Below are positions 36,624 through 46,029 of a DNA stretch of 64,000 bases, one piece after another (positions within the stretch are counted from its first letter, which is position 1; the number at the start of each line of letters is the position of its first letter). The translations under genes were made by a program, and so were the position numbers. Below the pieces are notes generated by a model. The model saw only the letters and a program-made list of their open reading frames with translations, was not told where the DNA came from and searched no databases. The stretch is taken from positions 1,030-65,029 of IMG/VR virus record IMGVR_UViG_3300021389_000018. The stretch is one strand, 5' to 3'. Origin of the DNA: a virus. Lineage: Duplodnaviria > Caudoviricetes.

Positions 36624-39600
36624 ATGTTATTTTATAAAGCTGTTACTGTTATTGCTGTTGGTGATCCTCCTAAGAAGACGGTTGTTACTATGTCTGCGTT
36701 GATAGTAGTAGAGTTGTTTGTGATGGTACAGATAATTTTTTTGTTGTTATTTGTAAGCCCACCCGCTTCAGTTGCAAAGCTTGCATCAAAGTCGTGATTT
36801 CCAAAAGCACCTGTATCTACTACTTTAAAGAACACAGGGTCTGTTCCAAATGCGTGTACCACTTCAAATGTCTTGGCTACAGAATAACTAGTTGTACTAC
36901 ATACAAAGGTAACTCTAAATGCTTGCGCCCCGTGTTCGTTAGATATGCTAAAGATGTCTTCTGAAGAGCTTGCATCTACTGTATCGTTAAAGGTGTAGAT
37001 ACCTGCATCATTACCTCCAATGAAGTTATCTGCTTTTACATTACCGTTAACCTCTAGTTTTTCAGAAGGAGATGTTGTCCCAATACCTACGTTACCAGTG
37101 CTAGTGATACTTAATCTTTCAGAAGATTCTCCAACGTCATATATAGAAAATCTATCGTTCCCAGAAATAGCTAATCTATAAGTACCTACAGAAGTTCTAG
37201 TTAAATCAATTAAATCAGCACCAGAATCCTCTACATCTAACTTAGCACTAGGACTCGTAGTCCCAATACCTACGTTACCTAGGTAGTCAATCCCAAAGCG
37301 AGTTGTACTAGGGTCAAGTCCAACTCCTGTGGATGTTTTTATAGCTAAACCTCCCCAATTACCAGAACCAAAAGCGTTTGTATCAATACTCCAGTTTCTA
37401 TTGCTAGAGTAAGAATGGTCTGAATACAATCCAATGTTTGAATAAACAGCTCCGTGAACCTGAAGCTTTTTAACAGGACTAGTCGTGCCGATACCTACGT
37501 TTCCAGATGCGTCTATAGCTACTTTGTCTGTACCTGCGGTTTTAAATGTAAGATATGAACCAGTACCAAAAGCACCTATAGAGTGCTGAACAGCGCTATC
37601 CATACCAAACTCCATATATCTTGAAGTAAGACCAGTTGCACTTATTCTAATGTCTGGATAAGATGAACCACCGTTTACTTCTAATTTAGAACTAGGACTC
37701 GTAGTCCCAATACCAACATTACCTGATGAGGTGATGCGCATACGTTCAGCAGCATTAACTCCAAAGGTCATAAAGTCTCCGTTGTTATCGTATGCTAATG
37801 CACCTACGTTTCTATCGTCTGTATCACCAAAGAATATGGTAGAGCTACGGGTCGGATCAGTTATGATTTGAATTCTGGTATCTGATCCCAGTTGGTGGAT
37901 GTGAAGTGCTTCTTCTGGACTAGTAGTTCCAATACCAACGTTACCATAATTTGAAAAGTATGCGTGTCCCGTGCTTCCATCTAACGTAAAATATGATTCA
38001 TATCCACCAGCACCATCATCTGTTTGGAATACGATATCAGAATCATTAGCAAAGTTTCTTAGGTACATATGACCCGTATAGTTGTACATATACGTGTACG
38101 AACCTGTGTGTCCTATTTTAAAGTCACTGCTTGTCCCTAGTCTAAGCTCTACATTATCATCTAGTAATACATTTCCTGTATAGTGAGCTGTACCATTAAC
38201 ATCAAGCTTGTAAGCAGGACTCGTGGTCCCGATACCTACGTTACCTGCGTTATTAATACGCATACGTTCAGTAAGTGATTGACCCGTAGCATTAGCTGTA
38301 GTAAGCTGACTAAACATTAAGCTACCAGCCCCATCGGTAGTTATTACATTACCTTTAAATCCTCTAGTAGTAAATGTATTTACACTTGACTCACAGTCTG
38401 CACTTAACGCTATGTAAGGCATCCCATTATTGCCCTGTACACCTATAGTGCCGTAATATCCGCTAGTTCTATTTCCGTGTCCAAACTCTATGTTAGCACC
38501 ATTTCTGCGTACACTAAAGTCAGCAGATGTTTGTGGCACTACAGTTCCAACTCTTAGTTCACCGTTAACGTCTAGTGTATGAGAAGGACTTGTAGTCCCG
38601 ATACCAATATTACCACTACTCTCTGTAATAACAGAATCGGTTAATGTACTTGAAGTATCCCACTTAGTAAGCTTACCTGCTGTACCACTACCACCTGTAG
38701 GAGAGCCTTGTACAGCTGTTTCAATGACGTTACCGCTACTATCTACAGCTAGCGCATATGCAGCTGTGCCTGTTTCAGTACCCGACCCATATGTAGTAAA
38801 CTGAACACTTGTCTCTGCCGCAAATAAACCATTTGTAACATAAGCCGAAGAATCTCCATCAACTTGGAAAACTATACGGCTAGAGCTTACAGTGTCTCCG
38901 TGGTCAGCAGTTAAGTAAACAAAGCTGTTAGCGGCTCTAAGTCTACCCACCAAATTATTAGTAGTATCTCTTACAGAAACGGTAGGTGTGTTTTCGGACT
39001 CAACCATAACATCGCCCCTAACGTCTAATGTAGTCGTTGGATTCGTAGTACCTAGACCAACATTACCACCGTCTTCAATGTAGAACACGCTAGTACCATC
39101 GTCCTGCACATCCATAATGTCCTGCGCACCTGTCTGATTGATAGTTACAGCTGGACCAGTACCATCGTTGGTTACGTTCCACTGCTCTGTAGTGTTTACA
39201 TCTGTATCAATCTGTGTGTATGATCCGTTGACTGTAAGGTCACCTTCAATGCGTACATTGCCTACAACGTGTAGTTTCTCTGATGGGGAAGCAGTTCCTA
39301 TACCAACGTTGCTACTAAAGTAAGCTGTCTTCAGGGTACTGATTAGGTTGTTAGCAATAGTAAACGCATTTGTTGTACCACCGTCTGCTCTAAATCTATG
39401 TTCCCCAGATTGAGATTTATGGTATATATTACCGCTTGAATCTCCATCTATTTGGTAATTACCAGAGGAGACTGATACGTGAAGTTTGTCAGCAGGAGAT
39501 GTAGTACCAATCCCTACATTACCAGCTACATACAAATCACTTGAACCTGTCTCTCCAATTGATACTGGATTAGATTTTCCGTACTGCAAGTACAAAGTAC

Positions 39601-41780
39601 CGTTGTTAGTTGAATTGTTTGCAGCACCCGATAAAAACCTGGTTTTGATACCGTCTACATCTGTACTAGTACTATACAGATTATCTGTAAACCTACCTGT
39701 ACCAGCAACGTGCAAGGTTCTTGTAGGGTTTGTAGTTCCAATACCTACGTTACCACTACTGTCAATACGCATACGTTCGGTACTACTTCCTGTTGCAAAT
39801 AACATATTACCAGCATTAGCACGTACAGCAAGATCACCAACAGCAGAGTTAGAAATCATTTCGCCTGTGTTTAAGACGTGCTGAATACCTGATCTAAATG
39901 TATCACCCTCGTAAAACCTTAATCTAAGACTATCCGTTGAGCTTTCAATGTCAATACCAGAACCAGCTACCTTTAATCTAGCGTTAGTTCCTGGGTCTGT
40001 CGTTCCAATCCCAACATTACCTGTATGAGCAATACGCATTTTTTCAGAACCGTCTACAGAAAACTCAATAGTAGAGCTTCCGCTGATACTTTCTGAATCA
40101 GACATTATTTTAAGATTGTCAGAACTACCATCAATCTTGTTCTGACCGATTGTAACAACTCCAGAGGTAGAGGTTATATTTCCTACTGTAATATTATTAG
40201 TCGTAGTATTTCCTCTATCAGTAACCGAGTCTAGTGTATCCTCAATAGTATCTGAGTCTACTGTAATGTTACCGCTAGCATCTGACTTTAGGTATCCCGT
40301 TCCGTATGCATTTAACTGAATGGTTTGGTCGTTCTTAACCGTCAATGCAGCAATGCTATTTGTAGCTAATGTGATTTCTCCATTACCAGAAGAAGCATTA
40401 ATCTTATGACCTGCGTGGTCACTTACAGTATTATAAGAAGATAGTCTAAGCTGTCTTGTTGAACCTGATCCAAAGTAAGCGTACTCCCCAACAGCGGAAT
40501 TGTTTACATCAAGTTTTGCGTTAGGAGAGGTTGTACCAATACCGACATCACCAGAGCTAGTGATACGCATATGCTCATCTAGGGAGTCAGTACCATCGTA
40601 TGTTTTAAAGACTAGGTTGTAACCACTGTTGATGATTTCAACGTCACCAGAACCCCATCTCAACGGCTGTGCAGAGGCGATGTTTACACTACCGTTAATG
40701 TCTAGCTTGTAGCCAGGACTGGTTGTGCCAATACCAACATTCCCTGTATTGGTAATACGCATTCTCTCGGTATTGTTTGTACCTAAGAGTAAGCTTGTAT
40801 CGTTAATGGCGTATATATATCTATTGTTGCCTGCAAGCTGTAAGCTCCCTGTTAGTCTTGCAAATCCAGCTACTTCAAATTTTACAGATGGAGAGGTTGT
40901 ACCGATACCAACATTACCATCGGCAGCAACAATCATACTTGTACTGCTAGCAGCTCCATTAAAACCAATGAACTTAATAGTACCGTTAGAAGTGCCGTTC
41001 TGAGAAGTAAAGTTTAGACTGCCTTCTATCTCATCAATAAAGGCTAGTTGATTCGTACCGTCCGAATCTTTCATAGCAATACGAGCGTAGTTACCCGTAG
41101 CGCCTACAATCTGTAAATCAGCCGATCCGTGGATTGAGGAGGCAGTACCTATTAAAACCTTACCTCCCGTAAAATATGAGTCTTGGTATGAGCTGAGGTA
41201 CAGCTTAACTGTTCCTCCAGACTTAGCGGACATCAACCCACCAGTACCGTTAGACTCTAGTTCACTATAGTTGTCTGTATCGTATTGACTGCGAACTACA
41301 TTACCCCCGTTAGTGCGGATGTAGCTGTCGCCTATTATTTCGTTGGAAACTCTTAGGTTTCCGTTTACATCTAATTTATAAGCAGGTGAAGTAGTGCCGA
41401 TACCGACATCGCCCCCGTTAAAGTAAGTATCACCGGCTCCATCAATTATAACAGCATCTGACTGACCCGCACCACGAACTCTTAGTTTATCATCAGTAGT
41501 AATTAAGCTAGGAGAGTGTATTGTGCCATTTACGTGTAGTCTTGCCCAAGACAATGGTGTTGCTGTTCCAATACCAACATTGCCACTATCATTCAAGAAT
41601 ATTCTCGTAGATGCATCAGCTGTATTGATATCTAAGAATCCTATCTCATCAACCCCGTCAACATCACCTATCGTTACAGTGTTGTTACTCTTGTCAATAA
41701 GGGCTGCTCCGTCTACAGCAATAATGCCGTGTACATCAAGCTTGTCGCTTGGAGTGCCTGTTCCGATACCGACATTACCG
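31642..41780. repeat. dispersed ~27-bp coding repeat, plus-strand consensus GGACTnGTnGTnCCRATACCWACRTT
   Basis: Encodes the NVGIGTTSP linkers on the minus strand; more than 30 copies; nine carry a perfect GGACT-N3-AGTCC dyad. Confidence 0.85.
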
Positions 41781-42799
41781 TCTTCATCCTGACGCATATA
41801 CGGAGCGATAGGGAATCCACTAGGTTGTGGGTCTGTAACCGTTACCGTAGAGTCTGAAGCACGTACACGTGTCAATATATTAGTATCCGCACCGTCATCG
41901 CTGAGGTTACCAACGAAGAAGAAATGGTTTACCGATCCTCCACCGCTAGCTCTAGCTTTGAGTGCAAGGTACTTAGTGCCGTCAATGTCAATCTCCTCAA
42001 TCTGTGTGAAGAACAAGCTGTCGCCAACAATCTTAAATTCGCTAAGGTCAAAGTTGTTTACATTACCTGAGTCTTTAGACACCTGAGCAACGATATCTAT
42101 ATATCCGTTGTTGTTGAAAGACCCTGCGCTTCCTCGTGAGAAGTATATCCTACCTGTAACACCTGTGGCATCTTGGTAATAGTCTGATTGGCTTTCGCCC
42201 TCACCTAGCTCTTCTACAGCCGGTATAGCTACCACCTGCTTGCAAATAACAAGGTATTCATCATTGACGCCACCAGCTCCCATACTAAATGACGGTAAGC
42301 TTTTAGTGATGTAGTTTCCGTTTAAGAAATCAGAGTCTCCAGAGAACTTAGTATCCCCTGTTACGTCTAGCTCTACAGAAGGGCTGGTATTATTAATACC
42401 TACGTTAGTGCCGTCATCAGTAATTACCGTGTCTACTAACTGTCCATTAGTATCATCCCACTTAACTACTGTGTCGTCTGTGAGGCTGTCTGCATTCTTG
42501 AGTTTAATCTCGTCTGCATTTACAGTAATACCTGTACCCTGACCAATATCTAAAGTTACAGCTCCATCAGTGCCACCGCCTGTAAGACCAGCACCAGCAG
42601 TAACAGACTCAATGTCGCCACCCATACTCTCCCAGGTAGGAGCGGCAGCATCCACACAAACATAAATCTCATTGTCTGTGGTGTTGAAATACAATTGACC
42701 CAATACGGGATCAGAAGGAGCTGCGGCTAGATTCTCAATAGCAGCATTCTGTAACTCGTTCTTTTTAAGATTTATATCGGTATAGAACTTTTTAGCCAT
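36632..42799 (-). CDS. long tail fibre with about 20 NVGIGT repeats
   Basis: 2055 aa; repeats visible in the translation; N-terminal LENLAAAP-like/GQLYFNTT motif. Confidence 0.85.
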   Translation of the reverse strand: MAKKFYTDINLKKNELQNAAIENLAAAPSDPVLGQLYFNTTDNEIYVCVDAAAPTWESMGGDIESVTAGAGLTGGGTDGAVTLDIGQGTGITVNADEIKLKNADSLTDDTVVKWDDTNGQLVDTVITDDGTNVGINNTSPSVELDVTGDTKFSGDSDFLNGNYITKSLPSFSMGAGGVNDEYLVICKQVVAIPAVEELGEGESQSDYYQDATGVTGRIYFSRGSAGSFNNNGYIDIVAQVSKDSGNVNNFDLSEFKIVGDSLFFTQIEEIDIDGTKYLALKARASGGGSVNHFFFVGNLSDDGADTNILTRVRASDSTVTVTDPQPSGFPIAPYMRQDEDGNVGIGTGTPSDKLDVHGIIAVDGAALIDKSNNTVTIGDVDGVDEIGFLDINTADASTRIFLNDSGNVGIGTATPLSWARLHVNGTIHSPSLITTDDKLRVRGAGQSDAVIIDGAGDTYFNGGDVGIGTTSPAYKLDVNGNLRVSNEIIGDSYIRTNGGNVVRSQYDTDNYSELESNGTGGLMSAKSGGTVKLYLSSYQDSYFTGGKVLIGTASSIHGSADLQIVGATGNYARIAMKDSDGTNQLAFIDEIEGSLNFTSQNGTSNGTIKFIGFNGAASSTSMIVAADGNVGIGTTSPSVKFEVAGFARLTGSLQLAGNNRYIYAINDTSLLLGTNNTERMRITNTGNVGIGTTSPGYKLDINGSVNIASAQPLRWGSGDVEIINSGYNLVFKTYDGTDSLDEHMRITSSGDVGIGTTSPNAKLDVNNSAVGEYAYFGSGSTRQLRLSSYNTVSDHAGHKINASSGNGEITLATNSIAALTVKNDQTIQLNAYGTGYLKSDASGNITVDSDTIEDTLDSVTDRGNTTTNNITVGNITSTSGVVTIGQNKIDGSSDNLKIMSDSESISGSSTIEFSVDGSEKMRIAHTGNVGIGTTDPGTNARLKVAGSGIDIESSTDSLRLRFYEGDTFRSGIQHVLNTGEMISNSAVGDLAVRANAGNMLFATGSSTERMRIDSSGNVGIGTTNPTRTLHVAGTGRFTDNLYSTSTDVDGIKTRFLSGAANNSTNNGTLYLQYGKSNPVSIGETGSSDLYVAGNVGIGTTSPADKLHVSVSSGNYQIDGDSSGNIYHKSQSGEHRFRADGGTTNAFTIANNLISTLKTAYFSSNVGIGTASPSEKLHVVGNVRIEGDLTVNGSYTQIDTDVNTTEQWNVTNDGTGPAVTINQTGAQDIMDVQDDGTSVFYIEDGGNVGLGTTNPTTTLDVRGDVMVESENTPTVSVRDTTNNLVGRLRAANSFVYLTADHGDTVSSSRIVFQVDGDSSAYVTNGLFAAETSVQFTTYGSGTETGTAAYALAVDSSGNVIETAVQGSPTGGSGTAGKLTKWDTSSTLTDSVITESSGNIGIGTTSPSHTLDVNGELRVGTVVPQTSADFSVRRNGANIEFGHGNRTSGYYGTIGVQGNNGMPYIALSADCESSVNTFTTRGFKGNVITTDGAGSLMFSQLTTANATGQSLTERMRINNAGNVGIGTTSPAYKLDVNGTAHYTGNVLLDDNVELRLGTSSDFKIGHTGSYTYMYNYTGHMYLRNFANDSDIVFQTDDGAGGYESYFTLDGSTGHAYFSNYGNVGIGTTSPEEALHIHQLGSDTRIQIITDPTRSSTIFFGDTDDRNVGALAYDNNGDFMTFGVNAAERMRITSSGNVGIGTTSPSSKLEVNGGSSYPDIRISATGLTSRYMEFGMDSAVQHSIGAFGTGSYLTFKTAGTDKVAIDASGNVGIGTTSPVKKLQVHGAVYSNIGLYSDHSYSSNRNWSIDTNAFGSGNWGGLAIKTSTGVGLDPSTTRFGIDYLGNVGIGTTSPSAKLDVEDSGADLIDLTRTSVGTYRLAISGNDRFSIYDVGESSERLSITSTGNVGIGTTSPSEKLEVNGNVKADNFIGGNDAGIYTFNDTVDASSSEDIFSISNEHGAQAFRVTFVCSTTSYSVAKTFEVVHAFGTDPVFFKVVDTGAFGNHDFDASFATEAGGLTNNNKKIICTITNNSTTINADIVTTVFLGGSPTAITVTAL

Positions 42800-42807
42800 C
42801 TGTAATA

Positions 42808-43137
42808 TTAGTTAAAGTGGGCAGACCCTGTGATTGCCTCACTAAATGTTATTGTTACTGAGTTGTCAGACAAATGCTCAATATCAGCCTCTATCTCAAA
42901 TCCATCGTCATCTATAATGGTGACAGCTGGCTTCTTAGTTAAACTATGAGTTACATTCCATACCGAAGCAGCAGTGGTCTGGTTATGTACATAACTAAGA
43001 TCACCACCTCCTTTTAATCCGGAAATGTCAATAGTATTTTTAACAGGTTGATTTACAACAGTTGATTTGTTATACCCTGTCTGCTTTACCGATATGCTAG
43101 TAGTAGCACCGCTCTGTATTTCTATAGTATTACTCAC
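42808..43137 (-). CDS. tail-associated small structural protein
   Basis: YVHNQTTAASVWNVTHSLTKKPAVTI motif, upstream of the fibre genes. Confidence 0.6.
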   Translation of the reverse strand: MSNTIEIQSGATTSISVKQTGYNKSTVVNQPVKNTIDISGLKGGGDLSYVHNQTTAASVWNVTHSLTKKPAVTIIDDDGFEIEADIEHLSDNSVTITFSEAITGSAHFN

Positions 43138-43513
43138 TGACGTCTTCGTTTACTTTAAACACTCCATACATCCAAGTCACAATAGTTGAACCTTGAACGG
43201 ACTGTAAATCGTAAACGTAGATGCCACCATCTATAGTTGCCATAATAGACGCTGGAGAAGAAATCGTAAGCACGCCATTGGCATCACTTACAAAACCAAA
43301 GTCGTTATCAGCTTCATCATTAGAGTCACCACTAAGAGCGAATGTTGTTGAGGTGTCAGACTCACGAACTTGCATCACCCAGTCATAACCGGTAGATAAA
43401 TCAATAACCACTCCGTCTTCATCTTTAAATGTAAGCTCTAAGGTAAATGTATCGCCCTTTCTACAGGTTATATCTACTCTTGATGCTATGTCTAAGTTTA
43501 CGCTGGTTGCCAT
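43130..43513 (-). CDS. tail-fibre adaptor-like protein (Ig-like/BppU-like)
   Basis: RKGDTF...VIDLSTGY..MQVR...YVYDLQ pattern; TACCTTTG box at 43518-43525. Confidence 0.55.
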   Translation of the reverse strand: MATSVNLDIASRVDITCRKGDTFTLELTFKDEDGVVIDLSTGYDWVMQVRESDTSTTFALSGDSNDEADNDFGFVSDANGVLTISSPASIMATIDGGIYVYDLQSVQGSTIVTWMYGVFKVNEDVSE

Positions 43514-43530
43514 ATTACAAAGGTACTAAT

Positions 43531-45975
43531 TTACTGGTTATCAAGAAGTTGACTTAAACCCGTATCACTATCATCAGTAAGCTCACCACGCTTGCCTTGG
43601 CGTTGAGAGATCATCTTAGATTGCTGGGCTGCTTGCTTCTCTGTTCTCTTGTCTTTTCTGTCCTCTTTTTTCATTTCAAGAGACTCTTTGAAGTTCATAT
43701 CCTGCGAGCGCTGATCCTGACCGGTCATCCCCTTTATAGATTCTAATTGAGACTTAAGTTGATATTCTAATTGTAGCAACTGAGCCTTAGCTTGAGCGTC
43801 AGCTTGAATCTCAGCGATTTTACTTTGAGACTGCATTTGAATCTCTTGCATCTTGCCTTGCGAACTTGCCTGAGCTGTTGCTTGATTCATCTGAGCCTGC
43901 ATCTGAGAGTTTTGCTGGGCAATCTCTTGTTGCTGACGCATACGTTTTTTGCGTCTAATAATTAGCAGTCTTTCGGCTTGATCAACATCTTTTAGTTGTC
44001 TTACAGCCATTGCATCTTCAAGATCTATTTCTTTTTGAGATAATGCAATTTGAATGTTTTGCTCTAGATATGACTTTTCTGTGTCATCCATTTCTGTCTG
44101 AACCTTGACTCCGAAGTTATACATCGGTAAGTCTCCAAACGAAGAAAGAACATCCATATTATTCTTGCCTATAGCCTTAGCATACACTTGATACAGTACG
44201 GATTCGGTAGGTAATATCTGTAGACATTTTACTATGTCTTCACATACTTTTGAGTATAGGTATATAGAAGCGTTTGTAATATCGTAGATTGCATTATTAC
44301 CAGCAGCCATAGCTTGCTGACGAACGCCTACCAACTGCTCTCCTTTTGGAGAAGTCCCATCCATTACTTCATTAATACCTGTCGTGTCACGAATGAGACG
44401 AAGATTATGATTGTAAATGCTAATAAGCTCGTTGATGTTTCTAATACTGTTATCTAAACTCCTGATTGGAGGATTTTGGAATCCACCTTCTGGGTTTTTA
44501 CTGCGATAATAAAAAACACCGGTTTGCTCATAAATATCTTGGATGTCTAATGGCTGTAGCTCTCCGCCTTTACCTAGCTGTACGTTTTCCAAACCTTCAA
44601 TATCTACAATTAGACCATCTGGTTTAGCTTTAGCAATAGACTGCTGAAGCTTCAAATGAGACAATTGCAACTGGTCAGCAAAACCTATTACAGACCCTAC
44701 AAGAGACTTAGGCATCATTCTGCGCAGGTTTGTGGAAACCACAGAGTATGACAGTTTAGCTTTTGTTAAATCGTGAATGTTTTTAGGAACGTTCTTTTTA
44801 AGACCGTAGTCATACATATAATCACATCCTACTATATAGTTACCACCGTAAACAGTGGCTACATTCATTGATGAGGGTTTTCTATCAAATACCGATTCCT
44901 TTGGAGGAGTGTATTCAAATCCTTTGTAGTAGAAGTTGCTATTACCGAATCTAGACCCTTTCTCCTCAAACATCATATCGTCTACAGATAAGAACTCAAA
45001 GCTCATAACCTCAACAATAAACTCATCGTATCCGTATGTAGTGCGGTCTAAGGTTTCATCGTAGTACTTGTAAGAAAGCTTGTCTGCTCTGTTCTGATAT
45101 TTGTTTTTTACAGATTGGGCTATTTTAGAATACTGCTCTTCTGTAAACTCATCACGAGCAATACGCTTAAGCTCAGAGATGCTAATCTTTTTGACGTGTC
45201 CTGCGTATATGAGGTCACTAAAAGTAGGGTCTTCGGTGTAGCTATGGAAGAAGAATGCTGGGTCAATGTACTCTTCTGTGATTCCATAGTTTGGATCGTT
45301 GTTTCTTTTTATAACACCAATACCACAAGTAACTAAATCGTTTACTGCTCTACGGTATATGCGCTGATCAAAATCATTCCACTCTAGAGTTAAATTTGTA
45401 CCAATCTGCGCAGCGATTTCAGCAGCTGTCTTAATATTGGCATCCATAAAGATTTCAGCTTCTTCTGGTGTTTCCGGTATGTCCTCTTCAGATATACCTG
45501 TGTTTACACCAGCTTGATTCATCTCTTGAATCATCTGCTTGTTTTTTACCTCAAACATTTTCTCTGCTCTCTTTCTGTCTTTTTCAGACTGAGACAGAGG
45601 GTCAATTGCAGCAACGTTTGGATACGGTTTTTTTGATAGAATGTTGTTTACAACAATCTTTACAAATTTAGGAATGATAGGAACTGGTGACCAGTCAAGA
45701 TTTAATAACGTTCCGTCACCACTGTTCGGATCTAAAGAGTTTAATATTTGTTTATAGATAGAAGTATCTTGTGTACCGTTTGCGTAATCACGATTTGTCT
45801 CAAAGTCCTTAAGCCTGCGTCTGAACAAACTTCGTTCATCATCAGAATGACCCCATTGCTTCTCAATAGCTTTGGCGTATTTTAGACCGTAAGGTTTGGA
45901 GGTTTTTTGACCGTGTATGGCAAATGGGTCTGGAAAATTACCATACTTTCCGTTTTCATTATCTTTATTGTACAT
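43531..45975 (-). CDS. portal protein
   Basis: 814 aa directly after TerL; LNLDWSPVPIIPKFVKIVVN, IRDTTGINEVMDG; Q-rich C-terminal coiled coil; TATATTTG box at 46002-46009. Confidence 0.85.
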   Translation of the reverse strand: MYNKDNENGKYGNFPDPFAIHGQKTSKPYGLKYAKAIEKQWGHSDDERSLFRRRLKDFETNRDYANGTQDTSIYKQILNSLDPNSGDGTLLNLDWSPVPIIPKFVKIVVNNILSKKPYPNVAAIDPLSQSEKDRKRAEKMFEVKNKQMIQEMNQAGVNTGISEEDIPETPEEAEIFMDANIKTAAEIAAQIGTNLTLEWNDFDQRIYRRAVNDLVTCGIGVIKRNNDPNYGITEEYIDPAFFFHSYTEDPTFSDLIYAGHVKKISISELKRIARDEFTEEQYSKIAQSVKNKYQNRADKLSYKYYDETLDRTTYGYDEFIVEVMSFEFLSVDDMMFEEKGSRFGNSNFYYKGFEYTPPKESVFDRKPSSMNVATVYGGNYIVGCDYMYDYGLKKNVPKNIHDLTKAKLSYSVVSTNLRRMMPKSLVGSVIGFADQLQLSHLKLQQSIAKAKPDGLIVDIEGLENVQLGKGGELQPLDIQDIYEQTGVFYYRSKNPEGGFQNPPIRSLDNSIRNINELISIYNHNLRLIRDTTGINEVMDGTSPKGEQLVGVRQQAMAAGNNAIYDITNASIYLYSKVCEDIVKCLQILPTESVLYQVYAKAIGKNNMDVLSSFGDLPMYNFGVKVQTEMDDTEKSYLEQNIQIALSQKEIDLEDAMAVRQLKDVDQAERLLIIRRKKRMRQQQEIAQQNSQMQAQMNQATAQASSQGKMQEIQMQSQSKIAEIQADAQAKAQLLQLEYQLKSQLESIKGMTGQDQRSQDMNFKESLEMKKEDRKDKRTEKQAAQQSKMISQRQGKRGELTDDSDTGLSQLLDNQ

Positions 45976-46029
45976 ATAGCGTTTCGCAAAATACTTCCTT
46001 GCAAATATACTAAATTAAACCACTGCCTA

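Noticed and set aside
31498-41792. Plus-strand ORFs with recurring VVPIPTLP/FP motifs
   Set aside because: Antisense shadows of the NVGIGTT repeats
30963-42799. CRISPR array or diversity-generating retroelement in the repeat-rich fibre region
   Set aside because: The repeats are in-frame coding linkers with long variable spacing; no cas genes, no reverse transcriptase and no adenine-specific template/variable repeat pair were seen
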